Of a stretch of 64,000 nucleotides of DNA, positions 58,221 through 64,000 are shown piece after piece. Location of the stretch: contig CAWDLW010000017.1 of the NCBI GenBank assembly GCA_963803145.1, positions 128,001 through 192,000 of the forward strand, written 5' to 3'. Position numbers and translations under genes: made by a program. A model generated the notes under the pieces. That model was not told the DNA's origin and did no database searches. It worked only from the letters and a program-made list of their open reading frames with translations. Every line of letters starts with the position of its first letter. The first letter of the stretch is position 1. Source of the stretch: Methanotrichaceae archaeon. Its GTDB lineage: Archaea; Halobacteriota; Methanosarcinia; Methanotrichales; Methanotrichaceae.

Positions 58221-59339
58221 TTAGGCTATTCCCAGTTTCGGGGTAAAGTGCAGGATGTAGATCAGCACGAAGTAGAATGCGCCCAAGACGAGACCGAATG
58301 GGACTCCAAGCTTGGCGTACTCGCTGCTTGTGATGCCTAATTTTCCTGCGGATATGATGTTCGGGATGTTGCCGGGGATCAGCATTCCGCCGAAGATGAG
58401 CAGACCCATCAATGCAGCATTGATCTGATCCTGGCCCATGGCTGGAGATAGCTCTGCTGCAGTCAGGGTGGCGTTATCCAGAATTGCCGAGACCATGTTC
58501 ACCCAGTACAGAACCATTGAGGGGATATGGGTGAAGTACTTGTCGATGAGAACGTTCATTCCGTCGCCGAGCAGGAACAGGGCTGCTACGAATACGTAAA
58601 CCTTGACAGCTCTGACGACGACCTCTCTGAGGCCTCCCTCATCGGTAATCTCCTTGACCTCTGCTTTGCCGGCCTTGCCGACATAGAATGCAGCGAAGGC
58701 GGCGACTATGGCACAGCCTAGGACGATCAGTACGCCTAGCTGGTCGAAGAGGTACCAGAAGGTTGCATAATATGGCGCACCCTGCAGCTTCGTAATGGCG
58801 ATTGTTGACAGAGGCTCACCCAGGGGAGTGAGAACTGCTCCAAGGCCGATTGAGAAACAAGCGAGAATGACCAGGTTGATCTTATTCATGCGCTCCATCG
58901 GCATCAGGTTGACGATCTCAACAAGGAACAGCGATGTGATGATGGCTGTGATAACGCTTGAGATCATTCCACAGATAAAGACAATTCCAAAGACCAGCGC
59001 AGGCATTGGAACCGATTTTACCAGGCCGTTCATGACGCCCTTAAAGGCGCCCTTTCCATAGAAGAATATGAGGCCTGCAATGAGCACTGCTGGAACTATG
59101 CCTTTTAATATTGGCTCTGATGCAGCCAGTACGATTAGGTCCATACGCCAGCCGTGAATCCCAGAGCTCGAGACAATACCGGTGGTTATAGTGACGGCTA
59201 CTGCGCCCATAACGAACAGAAATGCCTCAAGGTTCTTCTCAACTATCTTCACCTTGAAAGGTGCTGCACATATTATAACGAATATCAATGCTAAACCAAT
59301 ATCTACTGCGGTAACTACTTGGCCCGCAATTTCTACCAT
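58221..59339 (-). CDS. DUF1646 family predicted ion transporter (tandem duplicate)
   Basis: Same length (372 aa) and near-identical to 56731..57849; offset 1490 nt. Confidence 0.9.
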   Translation of the reverse strand: MVEIAGQVVTAVDIGLALIFVIICAAPFKVKIVEKNLEAFLFVMGAVAVTITTGIVSSSGIHGWRMDLIVLAASEPILKGIVPAVLIAGLIFFYGKGAFKGVMNGLVKSVPMPALVFGIVFICGMISSVITAIITSLFLVEIVNLMPMERMNKINLVILACFSIGLGAVLTPLGEPLSTIAITKLQGAPYYATFWYLFDQLGVLIVLGCAIVAAFAAFYVGKAGKAEVKEITDEGGLREVVVRAVKVYVFVAALFLLGDGMNVLIDKYFTHIPSMVLYWVNMVSAILDNATLTAAELSPAMGQDQINAALMGLLIFGGMLIPGNIPNIISAGKLGITSSEYAKLGVPFGLVLGAFYFVLIYILHFTPKLGIA

Positions 59340-59669
59340 AAGACCACCTCTTTTCTTAGTCCTACATCCTTCAGCTCTCCCCTCCGGAGAGTTTGTAGAC
59401 GGATAATTCTTCCTTTATTAAATGCTTTTGGTTTCTGTTTAAAACGCTAGGAGAGAATTAATAGTAGCACAAACAGCCAAAACAATATGTTCTCTAAGCA
59501 GGAGGGGTAACAAATGGCTTAAATGGAAAACTGACAAAGATTTAAAGGTATAATTCTAAACGGTATGTAATATTGTCGTAAAAAATTGAAATTACGTTGC
59601 TATTAAACTTATATCAATCTAATAACAGTAATCTGTCTTTAAATTCAAAATAAAATGAGAAAAAGCGTC

Positions 59670-60551
59670 CTAACGCGAAATAGCCCCGCCTGGACGGAGG
59701 ATCAGAACCGGCCTGTTCGATGAGTTTGCCACATCATAAGCAGTGCTTCCTATCCTGCCGGTTTTTAGAGATGCCGCGCCCTGGGCGCTCATAGCTATAA
59801 GAGATACATCCAGCTCATCGGCCGCACGGCGTATCTCCTCTATGGCGTTGCCTACGACAACCTTGGGCGTCACAGTCATATTGCCCTGCTTCCAGGCTGA
59901 TGCGATCTCGTTCAGCTTTTCTGTTGTACTTGTTGTCGTCGTATCTATCTCGCCCTTTGTCTCTCCTCGGGATACAACATAAAGCAAGATTATCTCACCA
60001 ATTCCGGGAATGCTCTTGATGAGAGAGGTTGCGGCTTCAGAGGGCTCAGAGAGGTCTGTAGGAACAAGAACCTTTGAGAATATACGTGCACAGTACTTCT
60101 CCAGAGATCCCTTCTCCATATCGCCCAATAGTTTGTATCGCATTATCAGGAGATTCCGATCACCGAGCTGAAGAACACCCCTTGATGAACTTCCAAGAAT
60201 ATCACTGCCAATGAGGCTCCTTCCACGAGCGCCCATTATAACAAGATCCACGTTCTCCTCGTCGGCTATCTTGTTGATCGCACTCCCCACTACATCGCCA
60301 GCGCCGCCAACGGCGAACGTAGATCGTGTTTTAATGGCGACATTCGGAAGCTTGATACGCTTTGCCTCTTCTGCAAGCTTTCTCTCATCATCCCTTACCT
60401 CAGCCACAGGGTCCCAAAACCTCATTATAGGACCTCTAGCTACGACGTGCAACAACATAATTTCTTTCAATCCAGGGATCTCGCCGACACAATCCAAGAC
60501 TTTTTGAGAATATCTTGAGAAGTCGACAGGGACTAAAACCTTTTCAAACAT
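59670..60551 (-). CDS. Tandem-domain universal stress protein
   Basis: KVLVPVDFS, MGARGRS, KVLVPTDLS and GSTAYDV motifs; paralog of 52534..53394. Confidence 0.92.
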   Translation of the reverse strand: MFEKVLVPVDFSRYSQKVLDCVGEIPGLKEIMLLHVVARGPIMRFWDPVAEVRDDERKLAEEAKRIKLPNVAIKTRSTFAVGGAGDVVGSAINKIADEENVDLVIMGARGRSLIGSDILGSSSRGVLQLGDRNLLIMRYKLLGDMEKGSLEKYCARIFSKVLVPTDLSEPSEAATSLIKSIPGIGEIILLYVVSRGETKGEIDTTTTSTTEKLNEIASAWKQGNMTVTPKVVVGNAIEEIRRAADELDVSLIAMSAQGAASLKTGRIGSTAYDVANSSNRPVLILRPGGAISR

Positions 60552-61257
60552 TCTACAGTCACCTAGTTATCATCAATTTCGAATTCTTAATATTTCAATT
60601 TAACTATGGAAGTTGTGAAACATATAACAAAAATAGAAGGTATTAATAATTATATATAAATTTTAGCTTTTCTGCACGTCGCTTTCGGTTATACATCTAC
60701 CTAAAGCCCTCAAGCCGGAAGGTCTCTGCGCGAAAATTCTTATCACAATACAAGCCAATCCCAACTACGAACGCGCTAAATGCCAATCTCCTTAGCAAAG
60801 CCGCGATCGAACTGTGAAGATTAGAAAAACACGGCTATATGAACTTTCAGTTGGCTGGCGGTTCAGGAATAAGCCCGGGTCTCCAAGTATAATGCCTGGA
60901 TAATAAGCGAAGGGGGAAATGATCACGATGAAGAGGAGGATAACTGCTTTATTCAATAGTCAATTATCGCTTCGGGATCAACCTATACTAATTAAGGTAA
61001 ATAGTTTTTCTTGCATATAGGTCGCTTGAAGGATGATGGATGACCCAACAGAATTACAGGATATTAGGCAAGATATACCCTTGTCTTATATCGCGCACCA
61101 TAGCCTTAATGCCAAGCAGTCTGGAACTAATCCTGACAATGTGCGCAGATGTGTCTAGGCGTTGATAGTTTTGTTCGGAAGCTTTATGTAACTATAAAAA
61201 TTTGTATTAAGTCAATCTCCCGAGAGAAGGAAGTCCCGAGAGAAAGAGGTGAAAAAA

Positions 61258-62163
61258 ATGGACGCATTTGGCATGGGGCTCGTTGCCGGCATTGGTGCCC
61301 TTGCGTTTATTTCGGGTGCTTCCGAGGACATCGATTCTGATATAGGCTCTCAAAGCAATCCGAACTCGCAGGTGCAGCTGGCAGCTCAGGTTGGAAATCC
61401 CCACAGGATTTACAACAAGGCTATTGCAGGCGAGCCGCCATCGAACGCACTATGGTGCGCATGCGCAGGAATAGTAGCATACGTGCTCATCGAGGGTTAC
61501 CATATGCCTGCACTCTTCGCAATTGCTGCGGGTGCATCATTTGCAGCCCTAGTTGACGGTGTTATGGCTACGAGCGCATACTTTGGCAGAAGCGCCAGCC
61601 AGTCCAGGTTCAACCAATGGATCTACCTGGATATTGTAAGGTATACGACTACATCCATCATGGCGCACGTATGGGTCACATCATTCTGTCTTGTAACTGT
61701 CGCATATATTCAGGCCTACGTGCTGGCACCTCATCACCCATTCCCGCTACCGGTCATTGCCCTGATCTGGGGAATAACAGTCGGAGCAATTGGATCGTCC
61801 GTGGGTGATATCCACTACGGCGGCGAGCGTGAGTTCCAGTGGAGGCTATTCGGTCAGGGCCTCAACACCATGCTTTCAGGACAGATCGTCAGGAAGGCTG
61901 AAGCAGGACTGCGAAATACCATTGATAATGCCTGGTTCTGCGCCAAGTTCGGCGGACCGTGCACAGGCCTTGGTATGGGATTGACTGTATTCCTGGATAA
62001 CTGGAGAACAACCGTCTTTGACCCAGTCACACAGGCTCCTTATGCAATCGCTATGGGTGTATTCTTTGTAATTATGATGAACGTGTATAACTTCTATCTT
62101 GAACTCTCTGCACGGAAAAAGTATGGGCCGTATCCAGGCTATAAGGGGGATATAGCTGCATGA
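61258..62163 (+). CDS. mtrE: Tetrahydromethanopterin S-methyltransferase subunit E (stand-alone)
   Basis: GASED.DSDIGSQSNPNSQVQLA, HRIYNKAI.GEP, GD.HYG.EREFQ and FCAKFGGP motifs. Confidence 0.93.
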   Translation: MDAFGMGLVAGIGALAFISGASEDIDSDIGSQSNPNSQVQLAAQVGNPHRIYNKAIAGEPPSNALWCACAGIVAYVLIEGYHMPALFAIAAGASFAALVDGVMATSAYFGRSASQSRFNQWIYLDIVRYTTTSIMAHVWVTSFCLVTVAYIQAYVLAPHHPFPLPVIALIWGITVGAIGSSVGDIHYGGEREFQWRLFGQGLNTMLSGQIVRKAEAGLRNTIDNAWFCAKFGGPCTGLGMGLTVFLDNWRTTVFDPVTQAPYAIAMGVFFVIMMNVYNFYLELSARKKYGPYPGYKGDIAA

Positions 62164-62181
62164 AAGCACGAGGTTCATAGG

Positions 62182-62199
62182 GGCCTGCTTAAGCAGGCC
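62182..62199. terminator. 18-bp perfect palindrome just after mtrE
   Basis: GGCCTGCTTAAGCAGGCC. Confidence 0.45.
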
Positions 62200-62421
62200 T
62201 ACTAAAATTTTAGCAGGTTTGCGCAGCTTTAAAGCATCCCTATTTATAGTGTAGGATAATTATTCTCATAATGACGATTCAAACGAGGATAATTACATCA
62301 ATTGAAGATTATAATTGCATCCTTTATTTACACATGTTAGGAACGATAAATTAGATTGCGAAACCCCCAAGGTTAATAAAAGATATGTATCATAATCGGA
62401 GTATCAGGTGCCGGAAAGAGT

Positions 62422-63000
62422 ATGCCAATAGTTGAATGCCCAAGATGTAGAGAAAATAATAGGGAGCCAAATGAGTCGATCTTAGGGTCGGTGTTGTGTA
62501 TATTCAGAGGTCGAACATGTAGCTTATGTGGCGGCATCGGATATATTAGAGATGAAGTAATATTAGGAATACGATACCAACTAGAAGATTACCGTGATGT
62601 ATCTATTAAAAATCGACAAAATGTATCAAATGCTGACAAAGTGGAATTTGAGCGTTTCCTGATAAAATATAGCTTATTGATAGAGCAAGGCGATGTCTTC
62701 TATAGAAAAGACATATACAACCATGCAATCAAGCGCTATAAAGAAATTACAAAGCTACCAATACCTAGTTCACATTTAGCTGTTGCATGGAACCGTATAG
62801 GCAATGCTTACTACTATCTTGGCGAGTATGTCGAAGCTATTGGGGCATATGATACATCGATTGAACTTGATCCATCAGGAGCATCATTTGATTGGCAAAA
62901 CAAAGGCTATGCTTTGAAGGCACTTGGCCGTGACTTAGAAGCAAACGTAGCTTTCGCAGAGGCCAGAAAGTTAGGTATAAAGGCTGATACCAAATCTTGA
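62422..63000 (+). CDS. TPR protein with N-terminal zinc-finger-like CxxC pair
   Basis: CPRC...CSLCGGIG; TPR motifs AWNRIGNAYYYLG.Y.EAI..YD.SIELDP and WQNKG.AL..LGR. Confidence 0.75.
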   Translation: MPIVECPRCRENNREPNESILGSVLCIFRGRTCSLCGGIGYIRDEVILGIRYQLEDYRDVSIKNRQNVSNADKVEFERFLIKYSLLIEQGDVFYRKDIYNHAIKRYKEITKLPIPSSHLAVAWNRIGNAYYYLGEYVEAIGAYDTSIELDPSGASFDWQNKGYALKALGRDLEANVAFAEARKLGIKADTKS

Positions 63001-63196
63001 TATTGGTGAAGCATTTTTTGATGGCAATATAATCACTAACGAATCAGAATATCCTCCAGCAGTTGCTTATTGCTGAACCAGGCTCACAGGATACCAACAA
63101 ACCATATTAGGCCATCTGGGATTATGTGGGTAGCTCTAGATTCGCGAAACAAAGCGTTTTATCTTTGATTTTTAGCAGGATTGGCAAACTTTAGCC

Positions 63197-63493
63197 TTAA
63201 CTCATCCCTGGCCTACCCGCACATGCAAAAGCAAACCTGGTCTCAGTATTTCGGCCAAGGAGCTTGAGGGCAACTCCTTTGTTGTGCCAGACGATTGCGC
63301 TCTGTGGGTCAATCTACAGAGCCTTATCCCGGGAGTCTACCGCATCCTCGTACCTTTCCAGGCTGCAAAACACAATGCCTCGATTGTACCAGGCTTCTGC
63401 ATTTCTCGGGTCAATTGTAGTAGCCCTCTCAAAAGACCAGATGGCCTCTTTATTCTTTTTCAGGGTAAAAAGAACGATTCCTCTGTTATACCT
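63197..63493 (-). pseudogene. TPR gene remnant
   Basis: YNRGIVL...AWYNRGIV...KAL*IDPQSAIVWHNKGVALKLLGR; in-frame TAG at 63314-63316; no start codon. Confidence 0.7.
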
Positions 63494-63655
63494 TTAAGGC
63501 TTATGCGCTCAACTACTTCCTTCGTCTCTGTTTCTTGATAGGTTTTTGGTTTAAGTTCGGTCTTATTCAGATTTTTCCTCGCTATAATTATCTACAGTCC
63601 TTTTACAAGATGTTGAAACATAAGTGTGCTTTAGTCTAATCCCACTTCATCCTGA

Positions 63656-64000
63656 TCAGCTGAATGTCCTGTCCCAAATCTTGTTGCCATATCCATCGGT
63701 CTTTATGAGCCAGACATCACTATTCCCATCACTTACCCCATGGGGATATGTGGTGCCTGTGATAATGTATCCGCCATCACTGGTTTGCTGGACCGATTTG
63801 CCTTCATTCCATCCTGATTCACCAAATATCCTGTCCCAAACCACATTGCCGTTGGCATCAGTTTTTATCAGCCATATGCCCTGATTCACTGCGCTGTACG
63901 GATTAGAACCTACGATGATATAGCCTCCATCCGAAGTTTGCTGAACTGATTTACCTACATCCTCGCCTGATCCGCCCAAGATCTTATCCCATACTTCATT
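63656..64000 (-). CDS. C-terminal part of a beta-propeller repeat protein (same repeat as 40143..41402), runs off the window
   Basis: SVQQTSDGGYII.G...WLIKTD..G...WDR.F repeats. Confidence 0.8.
   Translation of the reverse strand, partial: NEVWDKILGGSGEDVGKSVQQTSDGGYIIVGSNPYSAVNQGIWLIKTDANGNVVWDRIFGESGWNEGKSVQQTSDGGYIITGTTYPHGVSDGNSDVWLIKTDGYGNKIWDRTFS

Noticed and set aside
47846-59435. Recurring ATTAAATG(A/C)TTTTGG-like motif upstream of several island genes as a dedicated operator
   Set aside because: On the minus strand it reads CCAAAA-x-CATTTAAT, an ordinary BRE plus TATA promoter.
1641-62178. Numerous antisense and overlapping ORFs in the six-frame track
   Set aside because: They overlap well-supported genes on the opposite strand or in another frame and show no motifs.
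63314-63316. In-frame TAG in a TPR frame as possible pyrrolysine readthrough
   Set aside because: The frame also lacks a start codon and has an upstream TAA, and no pyl genes are in the window; simple pseudogenisation is more likely.

Overview
Archaeal methanogen chromosome, most likely Methanotrichaceae/Methanothrix-like (inferred from TBP, Alba, PolD DP1, fibrillarin, MtrE, a PGF-CTERM protein and an intron-containing tRNA). Bases 1-12.5 kb hold accessory secreted and stress genes, pncB, and a TetR whose palindromic operator recurs upstream of a CDF-USP pair. Bases 12.7-33.4 kb are mostly housekeeping: purN, alba, bud32, five CBS genes with RNA ligase, tRNA-Thr, tbp, hisS, DP1, signal peptidase, fibrillarin and nikR. 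This block is interrupted by two paralogous two-gene cassettes of secreted proteins that share an N/Q-rich beta-repeat, a candidate fibre or amyloid system. A 22.4-kb segment bracketed by a 611-bp direct repeat carries a multi-subunit Mrp/Mnh antiporter operon, small membrane peptides, several DUF1646 transporter variants (full, repeat-extended, half-size, pseudogene, and one fused to an HTH-CBS regulator) and a USP. It is followed by two more DUF1646 copies, a USP, a stand-alone mtrE and TPR genes. All product calls come from motif recognition by eye; no database searches were run.
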